DNA from: a virus
Taxonomy: Duplodnaviria > Caudoviricetes
Length of the DNA stretch: 64,000 nt
Reading direction: 5' to 3' (one strand)
Virus record (IMG/VR): IMGVR_UViG_3300042924_008490
Coordinates: 61,584-125,583 of that record
A model generated the notes under the pieces. It made no database searches and was not told the DNA's origin. It saw nothing but the letters and a program-made list of their open reading frames with translations. The position numbers and the translations under genes were made by a program. Numbering within the stretch: position 1 is the stretch's first letter; each line of letters starts with the position of its first letter. This document shows positions 32,036-44,283 of the stretch, piece after piece.

Positions 32036-32602
32036 ATGTCAAAAAAAAGAACAATACCTAATACTACTAAAGAATGCAGTAAATGTAATATTGCCAAGCC
32101 TTTAGAAGATTTTTATTATCATAGAAATCGAAAACATTATATGTCTTCTTGTAAAGAATGTAATAATAAACAAAGTACAACATATCAAAAAAGCTCAAAA
32201 TACAGAGAAACTGAAAACTATATATTTTACCAAAGAGCTTACGAGATAAATAGAACTTCTAAAAATAGAAAAGGAGGATTAGAAGTAATGGAAAATTTAA
32301 AAGAATATTTAATAGAATTATGGGAAACCCAAAATTGTAAATGTTATTATACAGGTGTTGAAATGTCTTTAACAGGCTGTCATAAAGGAAATAAAAATGC
32401 TTTTTCTGTAGATAGGATTGATTCTAATAAAGGTTATATAAGAGGTAACATAGTATTGTGTACTTTCATAGTTAATAAAATGAAGCAAGATTTATCATTG
32501 AATGAATTATATTATATGTGTGATTTAATTCAAAAAAAATTAAAAAATATTTGGAATTCTGAAAAAAGTTTCTTATCTTTGTTAGGCGATATTGCAAAGT
32601 GA
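32036..32602 (+). CDS. HNH-like homing endonuclease with N-terminal Zn finger
   Basis: CSKC...CKEC; CYYTG...SVDRIDSNKGYIRGNIVLC...VNKMK. Confidence 0.8.
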   Translation: MSKKRTIPNTTKECSKCNIAKPLEDFYYHRNRKHYMSSCKECNNKQSTTYQKSSKYRETENYIFYQRAYEINRTSKNRKGGLEVMENLKEYLIELWETQNCKCYYTGVEMSLTGCHKGNKNAFSVDRIDSNKGYIRGNIVLCTFIVNKMKQDLSLNELYYMCDLIQKKLKNIWNSEKSFLSLLGDIAK

Positions 32603-32639
32603 TTAAAACTGAGGGCGCATCTAAAAGAGCGTTAAGATT

Positions 32640-33080
32640 ATCGGATACACTCATTATTGGAAGTTAAACCACAAGGTGACAAAAAGAGGTTTCAACAAAA
32701 TTGTTGAAGATGTCAAAAAAATTGAAGCTTTTCTTCTTGAGAAAAAAGATTTAAAACTTTTTGATTTACATGGAGATGAAGAGGGTATTTTGTATACCAA
32801 TGAATTCTTCGGGTTCAATGGAGATGCTTCAAAAGGTGAAGAGCATGAAACCTTTGCATTCGAAATAGGGCAAAGCAAATCTTACTTTTGTAAGACAGCT
32901 CGAAAGCCTTATGACATAGCAGTTTGCTTATGTTTATTAACAATAAAGTTTCACTTGAAGGAAACAGAAATTTCTTCTGATGGTGACAAAGAATGGATGC
33001 CAATCTTTGAAACCTACAAAGAGATTTTCCCTGACAGAGTAAACTTTAGATTCAACCGTGACCATTTGACGTTTTCATAA
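32640..33080 (+). CDS. Conserved-looking phage protein (GYTHYW...FCKTARKPYD), apparent non-ATG start
   Basis: ATC-GGA-TAC-ACT-CAT-TAT-TGG in frame with ORF 32676; in-frame TAA at 32622. Confidence 0.55.
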   Translation: MGYTHYWKLNHKVTKRGFNKIVEDVKKIEAFLLEKKDLKLFDLHGDEEGILYTNEFFGFNGDASKGEEHETFAFEIGQSKSYFCKTARKPYDIAVCLCLLTIKFHLKETEISSDGDKEWMPIFETYKEIFPDRVNFRFNRDHLTFS

Positions 33081-33172
33081 TAAATGGTGTTTTTTTAGTG
33101 AATAATTTTTATTGCCCCCTGAATTGTGGTAGGTTCAGGGGGTTTTTGTATATTTATATAAAATATAAAACT

Positions 33173-33829
33173 ATGATTAAGAATTTTTTATGTATTATGA
33201 TTATCATTTTTCTTTCAATAGGAACAAAAAATGTTAAAAAAGAAAAACAAGATATCTCAACTTTATGTGTGGTATCTATAACGAAAGTTGATACGCTTAT
33301 AGAAGAATATCCCGAAGTTAAAGAACTTTTAGATAGAGTTCCAAAGGAGCAAAGGAATGATTTTGTGGGAGTTCTAAAAAGTTTTGCAGATGAAAGGGGG
33401 TTTGATTGGAGATTTTGTTTGTTACTTATGTGGGGTGAATCAGGGGTAAGTACGACAACTGTATCAGGGGGTTTTGTTGGGCTTATACAGTTTGGTTATC
33501 ATGCAAGATTATTATTAAAATTATCTGTAGAAGAATTGCTTCAAAAGAACTTTGTAGAACAGGCGAAATTAGCGATTATCATTTGGAAAGAAACTGAAAG
33601 AGTTACTAATACAAAAATAAATGATTTTCAAAAATTACAAATAGCTACATTTTTACCTGCATTTATAAACCATCATGGGAATCCTTATCCTGCTTCAGAA
33701 ATTGTCAAAGCACAGAATTACCCATTATGCGATGCCAATGGGCAAATGACAAAACAAAGTATATTGAATATCTATAGAAAAAAAACGTATATGTATGAAG
33801 AACTAAAATACTTCAGAGATAAATTTTAA
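33173..33829 (+). CDS. Membrane-anchored lysozyme-like/lytic transglycosylase
   Basis: N-terminal TM; WGESG (putative catalytic E) and GLIQF motifs. Confidence 0.6.
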   Translation: MIKNFLCIMIIIFLSIGTKNVKKEKQDISTLCVVSITKVDTLIEEYPEVKELLDRVPKEQRNDFVGVLKSFADERGFDWRFCLLLMWGESGVSTTTVSGGFVGLIQFGYHARLLLKLSVEELLQKNFVEQAKLAIIIWKETERVTNTKINDFQKLQIATFLPAFINHHGNPYPASEIVKAQNYPLCDANGQMTKQSILNIYRKKTYMYEELKYFRDKF

Positions 33830-34452
33830 AAATAATAAGGAAAATATTTTTTATTTCAAAAGAAAATGTTTACCTTTGTAAGGTCAAATTATTATTCACT
33901 GATAAAAATATTTTCCTTATGTTTATTTTCAATATCCTTACAGTCCTTTTTTGGATTCCTATTAGCTTCGGATTTTCCAATTGGATGTTAACCCAAGTTC
34001 CAACAGAAGTTCAGTTTATGGTTTACTTTTTCTGTCATGGATTTTCCTTTTTCCATATTTTCACTATTTTATTTGCAAATGGTGCAAGACCTAAATGGAT
34101 TCAGTTAGGAGCCTTTTTTGTTATTTTTGTAATAAGTTGCAAAATGGGATTGATATAATTATTTCAAAAGAAAATTCGGATTTCATTTGGAAGTTCGAGA
34201 TTTCTTTTGTATCTTTGTATAGTCATTAAATATTTCACTATTCAATACCAAAGATTATGAAAGCTAAAGAAAAAATTTCCGCTATTAAAGAACTTACAGC
34301 TAATGCTATTAAGGAAGCCAATGAAGCTGCAAAGAAGTATTCAAATGACCCTCAGAGCCAATTAGCTTTTGAAGTCGGCTACCTTAATAGTATAATAAAA
34401 AACATAACTGCATTATTAGACTAATTTTTCAACTTTTTAAATTTTTAAGACC

Positions 34453-34755
34453 ATGAGATTCCTATTACTATTATTGTTACCAATTATGACTTTTGCTCAA
34501 GAATGCAAAGAGAAAAAAGTTACTTACAGCCTGCAATTGTTTTCAACAAAAACAATTGAACTTTTCGATGGAAGCCACATTGCTCCAAATGACAGTATGA
34601 GTGTTGAAGCAGTCTGTGTCAAAGGAGAAAAGTATTATAGGATACTTATACCTCAAGAGAGTCAAATGTTGGCTTATGAGGCAAAAGAACGTTATTCAAA
34701 GTATTATAAAGATTGCTTCATAGTGAAGTATATTGATGGCAAAAGATATAACTAA
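34453..34755 (+). CDS. Secreted SPOR-like protein
   Basis: Signal peptide; YSLQLF...YYRILI...YKDCFIVKYIDGKR. Confidence 0.5.
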   Translation: MRFLLLLLLPIMTFAQECKEKKVTYSLQLFSTKTIELFDGSHIAPNDSMSVEAVCVKGEKYYRILIPQESQMLAYEAKERYSKYYKDCFIVKYIDGKRYN

Positions 34756-37700
34756 TATTATTTAAAATTATTTTAAAAGAAAATTCGGATTTCATTTGGA
34801 AGTTCGGATTTTCTTTTGTATCTTTACACTATCAAATTATTCACTTAAATACTTACTACCAATGAAACAAGAAACAATTCAAACAGAAAAATATATACTT
34901 ATTGTTGATGATAGTGAAATTAAGGAAGGGGGTTGGCATACTTGCACTTACCCCGAATATCCATTGGAAGCAAGATATACAGATAAGTTCAGTAAATATG
35001 ATACTTGTAAAGGATGTAAAAAAATTATTGCACATTTGCCAATTGGGGATTCACCTATTCTTGATGGCGTTCCTTTGATTAACAATTAAAATTCAATACC
35101 ACTATGAGCAAGCTAAAAGAACTTAAAGAAAATGGCGTTAAAATTGTTGTTCTAAATGGCTTCAGAGAAAGTTTAGATTATGTGATGTCACTTTCAAATG
35201 TTGAATTCACAGGAATGACAATGAAAAGTTACGATGGTTATGACGAATATTATTGCTTTGAAAATTAAAATTATTTCAAAAGAAATCTTGAATTTTATTT
35301 GGAAGTTCGAGATTTCTTTTGTATCTTTACACTATCAAAATAATTATTAAAAACTACCACTATGAAAAAGGATAAAAAACAACTTATGATTGATGCTTTA
35401 GGCAATGGAGCAAGAGAGGTTTATTTGGAGAAGAACCCTCATGGGTTTTCTTCTGTGAACAAAGTTCATAAGAGCAAAAAAGCTTATGACAGAAAAGTGA
35501 AAGTCAATTATTTTGATTGACTTTCATAAAATTATTTCAAAAGAAATCTTGAATTTTATTTGGAAGTTCGAGATTTCTTTTGTATCTTTACACTATCTTT
35601 AATTCACTATTAAAATTCACTATTATGAAATTCAAAAATGAAGAAGAACTTTTAATCTTCCTTAGTGGAATGCTTGTAGAGGTTCTATTCCTAACTGAAA
35701 CTGCACAGATTGCTCATCAAGCACCAAGCTTGTCAAATGAGGTGGCAACTCAAAGGTAAAAAATTATTTCACTAATTAAATACTATTACCAATGGAAAAA
35801 CAAGAAAGTTTATTGCTACTAACAAAAGCAATGTGGAATTTAGATAAAACTAATTTGATTGACAAAGATATGTCTTCAAAAATATTGATAGGTGTTGAGT
35901 CTATTATTGATGTTGCAGAAGTAATAATGAAAAATTCAAATAATAGGAATAGTGCAGTAGCTACAAAAATACAAAGCAGAGGTGCAATGGTAGAAACAAA
36001 TTATGTATTAGAGAGTGTTGAGGAAATATACAAAATGTATAAATGTAAATAAAATTATTTCAAAAGAAAATCTGAAATTTCTTTGGAGGTTTCAGATTTC
36101 TTTTGTATCTTTACTAAAGTAAAGGCAAGACCAATCTTTGATTGGCATCTTTACACTATCTTTAATTCACTATTAAAATTTCATATTATGCAAAAGTTAA
36201 AAATGTATGCATTTTCTACTGATGAGATAAACTCAGAATTGCTTAATGCCCTTAACAATGTCAAACCAATTTTTGAAAACAAAAGTGGTGATGTTATTTA
36301 TGAGGGTACTATTTTTGATGACATACACCCCGAAAATAACCCTAAAGCAGATTTTTCAAAGGAAGCTTTAAATTTACTTGAAACACTGATTGCTCTCTGT
36401 GAAGATGCAGATAATATTCAAATTTGGGTAGCGTAATTATTTCACTAATTAAAACTCTTATACAATTATGGAAAACTTATTTCTTGAAGCAATGTTGGAT
36501 TCTGAAAGAACCGAAATTGATAACGTTAAAAGAAACAAAGCATTTGCAAAAACATTAGCAAATGACCTCTCAAATGTATTTAGAATAAATGTTGAAGTAC
36601 ACGATTACAATTCCTATTGCACTATTTATGTAGGCAAAATAGGGCAAAAATATGAAGTGCCTTCATTTTACGCTACAAAGGATTCTGTTAAGTTTAAAAT
36701 GAAAGTATTAGGTTACAGAGAAAGCACTCAATTTATTAGCTTAGGAGAGTTATATGAAAAGTATAAAGAAACCTCAAAAGCAGATAAAAACTTTTTAGGG
36801 GATGGTAGTGGGCATGGTTACGTTGAATTTAGTATAAACATTCCTCTTGAGAATTATACAGATGTATTGAGAGATATTGTAAAACTCTTTAACAAAGAAG
36901 ATTACTCAAAAGTATTTTAAATTATTTCAAAAGAAATCTTGAATTTTATTTGGAAGTTCAAGATTTCTTTTGTATCTTTGTATCAGCTTAGTAGCTTATC
37001 CGATAGCACACCAATATCGTAGGAATAATCCAACCCAACCCCAAATTGAAATCTTCGTATATTATATAAAGTTCGTATATTTTGTATATTTCCCTTAATA
37101 ATTGCAATACCTAAAATTTTTGAATTTTTCGTTTATCATATTCTTTAAAAAATATTTTTAAAATAATTGATAAAAAGTTTTGCAGTACCAACTATTATGC
37201 TTATCTTTGTATCAAGATAATTGAAAGGGGAACAAGCTACAAAATTCTTTCAAAAAATATTTTTAAAATTCTTTTGAAATTATTTGGAAATACCAATAAG
37301 ATTATCTATCTTTACACTATCAAATTATTTACTAATACACAAAACTTCCACAATTATGAAATTAGTTGCAATTATGAACAGCATCACTGCTGAACAATTG
37401 GTAGAAATTGGCTATAATGCTTTTGCTTATTCCAAGCACGAATGGTTAAGATTAGCAGAGCGTTACAAGGATGCTAAATTTTTTATTCGTAAGGCAGGGC
37501 AAAATAGCTACCCTGAGTTCTATGCTCAATACAAGACTTCTGAGGGGATGCATATATTTGCAGGTATTTCAGTTTCAAGTATGCTTCACAACGGTGGTTT
37601 TTCACATTGTATGATATTCCGCCTGACAGAACCTGAAAGAGAGTTTCTGAAAGAGTTTCACAGCTATGAATTTGCCCCTGAAGACGAATGGGCAGCCTAC

Positions 37701-38373
37701 ATCAAAGATTTTAACGTAGGTGGCAAATTAGGTCGTGTAGAGAACACTGCTACTGCAAGGAAATATTTTGCTGATAATGATATATTAGTGACAAACGATT
37801 TCTAAATTATTTTGAAAGAAAATCTGAAATTTCTTTGGAAGTTTCAGATTTTCTTTGTATCTTTGTAACAGCTAATTGATAGAGCATATCCCTGAAAGTA
37901 AATTTGAAGGTAGGATTAATCCAAACCTACCTTAGATTGAAATCTTCGTATATTTTATGTATTACCCCAAAATATTTTCGTATATTTCGTATATTCCCTA
38001 TGATAATTGCAATACCTAAAATTTTTGAATTTTTCGTATATTGCATAAAGTTCGTATATTGTGCAACAATTGCCACGAACAAAGTTCGTATATTTCGTAG
38101 AAATATCGCAACGAACAAAGTTCGTATATTACTTTAAAAAAAAATTTTTAAATTTTAACTAAAAATATTTGGAAATTAAAAAAGTTTGTTTTGAGTAAAA
38201 ATAAATTTGGATAATTAAAAAACTTGTTGTATCTTTGTGTTAAGATAATTGAAAGGCAAACAAGCTACAAAATTCTTTCAAAAATATTTTTAAAATAATT
38301 GATAAAAAGTTTTGTAGTTTCAATTATTATTCTTATCTTTGTATTACATTATTCACCGCATAAAACTACCACT

Positions 38374-39120
38374 ATGCAAAAGCAAAATTGGCGTTCTAAG
38401 TACCAAAGATTTTCTTCTACAAATGAGAATTTTGAGTTCCTTTGTAGTCTATTAGACAATTGCCGAACATTGGCAATTGCAATTGAAACTTTGAAAGGTT
38501 TCAATGGGGGGTTAAGTAATCCTTCAAAAATGCCTTGTTTTTCTTACAATATTCCTGCATGGGAATGTAAAACAGGCAAAAAGCTTATGAAAGTCAAAGG
38601 TAGCACTTGTAACAAGTGTTATGCTATGAGAGGTCGCTATGTTTTCAGCACTACAAAAAATGCTCTTTATAGACGTTTTTTCACAATTGACAAGCAAATG
38701 TGGGTTGAAGCAATGACAATAAATATTGCTTTGCTTGAAAATTCAGGTTTTTTCAGGTGGCATGATTCAGGCGATGTTCAAGATAATGAGCATTTGGACA
38801 GAATTGCCCAAATAGCCAAAAATTTACCTGAACTAAAGTTTTGGTTGCCTACAAGGGAATATGGTTTTGTCAAAAATTACCAAAAAGAATTGCCCAAAAA
38901 TTTGACTGTTAGACAGTCTGCTCACATGGTCGATTCTGTGAAAGAAGTTAGAAACAAAATTGCTTCAATTACAGTTTCTAATGAGCAAAAGCTTAAAGAA
39001 ATGGAATTGGACAATGTTGCTATATGCCATGCCACAAGACCTGAAAGTTCCCACAAATGTGAAGATTGTAGAGCTTGTTGGGACAAAGATGTAGAAGTAG
39101 TTGCATACATTATGCACTAA
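38374..39120 (+). CDS. GP88-family phage protein
   Basis: SKMP...CKTG...CNKCYA, FRWHDSGD, FWLPTRE, PKNLTVR, CEDCRACW. Confidence 0.8.
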   Translation: MQKQNWRSKYQRFSSTNENFEFLCSLLDNCRTLAIAIETLKGFNGGLSNPSKMPCFSYNIPAWECKTGKKLMKVKGSTCNKCYAMRGRYVFSTTKNALYRRFFTIDKQMWVEAMTINIALLENSGFFRWHDSGDVQDNEHLDRIAQIAKNLPELKFWLPTREYGFVKNYQKELPKNLTVRQSAHMVDSVKEVRNKIASITVSNEQKLKEMELDNVAICHATRPESSHKCEDCRACWDKDVEVVAYIMH

Positions 39121-42100
39121 AATTATTTCAAAAGAAAGTTCAAATTAAATTTGGACATTTGAACTTTCTTTTTTATCTTTGCTTAACATTAGTTCGTTAA
39201 CACTCACATTTCAGTTCACAAATAAAACTTATATTATGAAAAATTTTATTTCTTTTGAAACAGTTCAAACCTTAATTGAAAATTACTTGGACAAAGGCGG
39301 AGAAATTTCTCAAATTGAAGAGGGCTGCTTAGGTTATGGGACAATGGTATTGTCCGCTAATGGGTATAAGTATGCTATTATAAAAGAAGTATTTGTAAAT
39401 TCTTGGGTTTCAACACACTCAATTAGGTTCTATAACAAGTTACCTAAGAAATTTGAAAACATTATTATAAACAATTAAAAATTATATTATGAAAACTTAC
39501 AAAGCTTGGACACGCAAAGCAAATTCAAACGACCAATTTTGTACTCAAGAAATTAAAGCAAAAAACATTAAAGAAGCAAAAGCTTTGATTATTGAAAGTG
39601 GAAGAGAAATTCTGCGAGGAACTAAAGTTTATTTGTACTAAAAAATTATTTCAAAAGAAACTTGAAAATAAATTTGGAAGTTTCAAGTTTCTTTTTTATT
39701 TTTGTTGGACAATTATTTCACTAATAAAATACTTAAAAGATTATGGTATACTTTATTAAAAGAGAATGTTGGAATTCTAAAACCTTTAATGGGTATGTGG
39801 ACAATCCTTATTGGAGGATAGATTTCCGAGGTTTATCTTTCGGACTTAAAGATGATGGAGAACTATGGTCAATTGGAAATGTAATTATTTCTGATGTGGA
39901 CATTTCAGATATCAAAAAAATAATTGCCGAGTGTAAATTGCAAATTGTTATTTCAAAAGAAAGTTCAAATTGAATTTGGACATTTGAACTTTTTTTTTAT
40001 TTTTGTTGGACATTTTCTCACTAATAAAACTTATATTCTTATGAAGCCGTATGTAACAATTAAAATCAGCGATAAGTACATTGCTGAAAGACTTGGACTG
40101 ATACCTTATTTTACTGCTGATGGATATTATATAGCTCAAGGCTATGTTAATACCTATGAAAAGGTAAAACAAAACTTGCAAAGATACTTGGACAATGCAA
40201 CAGATAATACTGTTGAAATTACACGCTCACGCAGGGGTGAATGGGGGGAATGGTTTGAACGTTGGGAAAAAGTAAATGGAAAGAAAAAAATAACAAAACA
40301 AACTTGGTTATAAATTATTTCAAAAGAAACTTGAAAATAAATTTGGAAGTTTGAAGTTTCTTTTGTATCTTTGTTGGACATTATTTTATTCACTACAAAA
40401 TATTCAAAGTTAAAACACTATTAAACATTAACAGCTATGGTAAAAGAATTTGAAATTCTAAAAGATGTAGACAATGACAGATATGTATTCTTACATATTG
40501 ACAAAAGCAAGTCTAAGTATGCTGATGGTATATGCGGTATCAATTTTCATCAAGATGTAACAGAGATTGTATGGTCATATGCAGCAGAACCAAATGTGTA
40601 TCTCACAGAGATTTGGAGAAGGATAACACTGAACTACCCTAATGTAGAAAGGTCATTCTTAATAGAGAAAGCAATTGATTTATACATAGATGCATTCATT
40701 ATACAACCACTAAAACTTTTATATGAAAATAAGTAGAAAAACAAAAGTTGCAATTCTGAAATACGGAATTGAAAAATGCCGAGAGGCATATAATAAATAC
40801 GAAAAAACAGGCAATGGTGCAAAAACCATCGCTTGGGAAATGGGGTACACAACAAGGCAAATAGACAGTATGATTAATGCTTTCAGGGAAATTGAAGATT
40901 GGTGCGGAGATGTTTAAAACGCATTTGGACATTTCATTTCACTATTAAATTACTTAAAACTATGTTACACAAAAAAGTCCAAAAGTTCTTGGACAAACAT
41001 TATAAGCGAGTTGTACAAAGGTCTTCAGCCAATTGGGGAGGAAACAATGTATGGTCTGTAAAAAGCGATGGCATTACAGAGGGAACTTTCATCTATCAAG
41101 ATGATGATAACAATTTCATTCTCTTGAATAGGACAGAAGAAAACGAAGAAACTGTTGTTGAAGATTTGTTTACCTATGTTATTGGAAGTGGGACTATAAA
41201 AAATTTAATTATTTCAAAATAAAGTTGGAAATAAATTTTGAAATGTCAAAAGTATTTTCTATTTTTGTTGGACATTATTTTATTCACTAATAAAACTTTA
41301 AAAATTATGACAAAAGTAACAAAAAGACAATTAGTTGAAAAACAAATTGAACTATCGAAAAGAGTTATAGCGTTAGCGAATGTTAACATTGTAACGTGTG
41401 GGAATTGTGGGGAGGTTCTATTACACGATGTAATGGACAATGAAATTGAGTGTGCGTATTGCAAACACACATTAGAAATATCTGATTGTCCCGACCTTTT
41501 TTATGCGGATTGTGAGCATAATGCAGAGTTTAACGAAGAATAAATATTATTTCACTCACTAATAAAATTTTACATTATGGACATAAATTTTGAAACACTC
41601 AAAGCTATTCTTGATGACATTCAGCAGGACTTAGCAGATTACCAAAACCAAAAAGGTATCGGCATGATGGATGATAACCAATGGGCAGATTTATTTATAG
41701 AAAGAGTAACTGCTTCAATAACCACCTATGAAGATTTGAAAGAAAAATAAATTATTTCAAAAGAAACTTGAAAATAAATTTGGAAGTTTCAAGTTTCTTT
41801 TGTATCTTTGTTGGACATTAAATTATTCACTATTAAACATCATACTTATGGAATTTTACACAGATGAATTGACACTTGATTTCACAAGCTATGCCCAGCT
41901 GTCTTACTTGGATGAGAACAATGAAGATATTATATTGTTTCTCAATGGAACACCAATTGGATATATAGTAGTGTACACAGATACTGAAAATGATAACAGA
42001 GAATATATTTGTGTCAACAATGAAATGATTTACTTAGATACCATAAACAATTAAAATTATTTCAAAAGAAATCTTGGATTTCATTTGGAAGTTCGAGATT

Positions 42101-43349
42101 TCTTTTGTAATTTTGTTGGACATTTATTTCACTAATTAAATTAAACCTATGAATAGGACAATTTTCAATTATGTTTTGGTTCATGTTGCAAGAACATGGG
42201 AAAGAATTAGGGTTACAAGACCTCTTCAAGAGATGCCCTTAGACAACATTGCTTCAGTTGAAGCAATTGAACAGATTGCCACAGAAATTTATAACCAAGA
42301 TATAGTGCAAGGCTTTCTCACAACAGATGATGATGACTATTGGTACAATACAACAGATACAATGAGCGACATTTACATAGAAGAAACTGCTGCCAATTTG
42401 ATTACTGAATATTATTTGTAATTCTTTCAAAAGAAATTTTGAATTTTCTTTGGAAATTAGAAATTTCTTTTGTATCTTTGTTAAACATTAGTTCACTAAT
42501 AAAACATACCACTATGGCTCTCACTCAAAAACAAAAAAAAATTACAGACTTTTTAGAATCTTTGGTTGGTCAAAGATTTAATATGAAAACATTGACAGAA
42601 AATTTGTCAAAAGTCTTTGATGAAAACATTGAAGCGGAAATCGTCAATGAGGATGACGAAACAAATACTATAACTGATTGGAACATAATGTTCAACAGCG
42701 AAAAAGAAGATACCTTTGGCTACTTTGACATATATATGTTAAAGATGAGAAATGACAACCTCGATGGTTCTAATTTTTATGTAACCGAAGTTGGTTACGA
42801 GTTTCAATAAATTTTTTCAAAAGAAATTTTGAATTTTCTTTGGAAATTAGAAATTTCTTTTGTATCTTTACATTATAATTATTTCACTCACTATTTTAAA
42901 ACTTTAAAGATTATGGGTTACTACACATCGCATCAATTAGAAATTGTAAAGGGTAACGATGGTGTTACTGATTACAAAAAACAAATCAGCGAGTTATCGG
43001 GATATAACGATTGTTTTGATGAGTCAATCAAATGGTATGAACACGAAACCGATATGCGTTCATACTCTTTGGAACATCCAAACACACTCTTCAAGTTGAG
43101 TGGAGAAGGAGAGGAAAGTGGTGATATATGGGCTGAATATTACCTTAATGGTAAAATGCAAAGAGTAATAGCTATTATAGTATTTGAGGATTTCGATGAG
43201 TCTAAACTAAGTTGAAATTATTTTTAATTTTTTCAAAAGAAATTTTAAAAAACATTTGGATAATTAAAATTTCTTTTGTATCTTTGTTAAACATTAGTTC
43301 GCTAATGCTCACATTATAATTATTTCACTATTTTAAAACTTTAAAGATT

Positions 43350-43820
43350 ATGGGACTTGATATGTATCTGACAAAGAAGATTTACATTGGTGCGCATTAT
43401 GACTACCGTAATGTTGAAGCTTCTGTTGAAATCAAAGTTAATGGCAATGTCATTAACATTAAACCAAAAATGATTTCGGAAATTCATGAACGTGCTGCAT
43501 ACTGGCGCAAAGCAAACCATATCCACAAATGGTTCGTAGATAACATTCAAGATGGAGAAGATGATTGTGGAGATTACGAAGTAACCATTACCCAACTAAA
43601 AAAACTTATTGCTCTTTGTGAGCAAGTATTAGAGAAGAAAGATAATGCTTTCAGTGAGGCAAATTTGCCCACACAAGCAGGGTTCTTTTTCGGTGACACA
43701 GAATATAGTGAGTACTATTACAAAGATGTTGCAGACACAATACAGATGCTCAATGAAGCTATGGAAGGTGTCTTTGAAAATGACTATGAAGTTTCTTTTG
43801 AATACTATTCCTCTTGGTAG
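43350..43820 (+). CDS. Conserved-looking phage hypothetical protein
   Basis: MGLDMYL...YWRKANHIHKWF...LPTQAGFFFG...YYSSW. Confidence 0.65.
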   Translation: MGLDMYLTKKIYIGAHYDYRNVEASVEIKVNGNVINIKPKMISEIHERAAYWRKANHIHKWFVDNIQDGEDDCGDYEVTITQLKKLIALCEQVLEKKDNAFSEANLPTQAGFFFGDTEYSEYYYKDVADTIQMLNEAMEGVFENDYEVSFEYYSSW

Positions 43821-43962
43821 TTTTTAATTAGTGAATTTTGGAGCAGGGATTATTCCCTTTGGACATTCTCTGCTCCTTTTATCTTCTTGTCCATTTTATA
43901 CTAAACCCATTGCAGGCAAAGCAGCATTGAAATATTTTATTAACAATTTAAATTAAATTACT

Positions 43963-44283
43963 ATGACTGCTACAACTTTTATTAACTGCACTCCGCATGA
44001 CATTATTTTCAATGATGGGACAGTTTTTTCAAAATCGGGAACTGTTGCAAGAGTTTCTGCGACATTCTCTGAAATTGCCAATGGGATGTGTGACCAAGTG
44101 TTTGGGACAGTTCAAGACTTACCTGAACCTTCCAATGGGACATTCTTTATAGTTTCTGCGGTTGTCCTAACGGCTGCAAAACTTCAAGGAAGATTGGACT
44201 GTGTTGCACCTGCTACAGGTCATCCTGCGGTCGTTAGAAACGAAGCAGGACACATTGTAAGCGTTCCATGTTTTGTACGTTAG
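43963..44283 (+). CDS. Conserved-looking phage hypothetical protein
   Basis: INCTPHDI...SGTVARV...LPEP...IVS...RNEAGHIV. Confidence 0.6.
   Translation: MTATTFINCTPHDIIFNDGTVFSKSGTVARVSATFSEIANGMCDQVFGTVQDLPEPSNGTFFIVSAVVLTAAKLQGRLDCVAPATGHPAVVRNEAGHIVSVPCFVR

Noticed and set aside
31981-32640. Group I intron around the HNH gene
   Set aside because: No interrupted host gene or recognisable P7 core; appears free-standing
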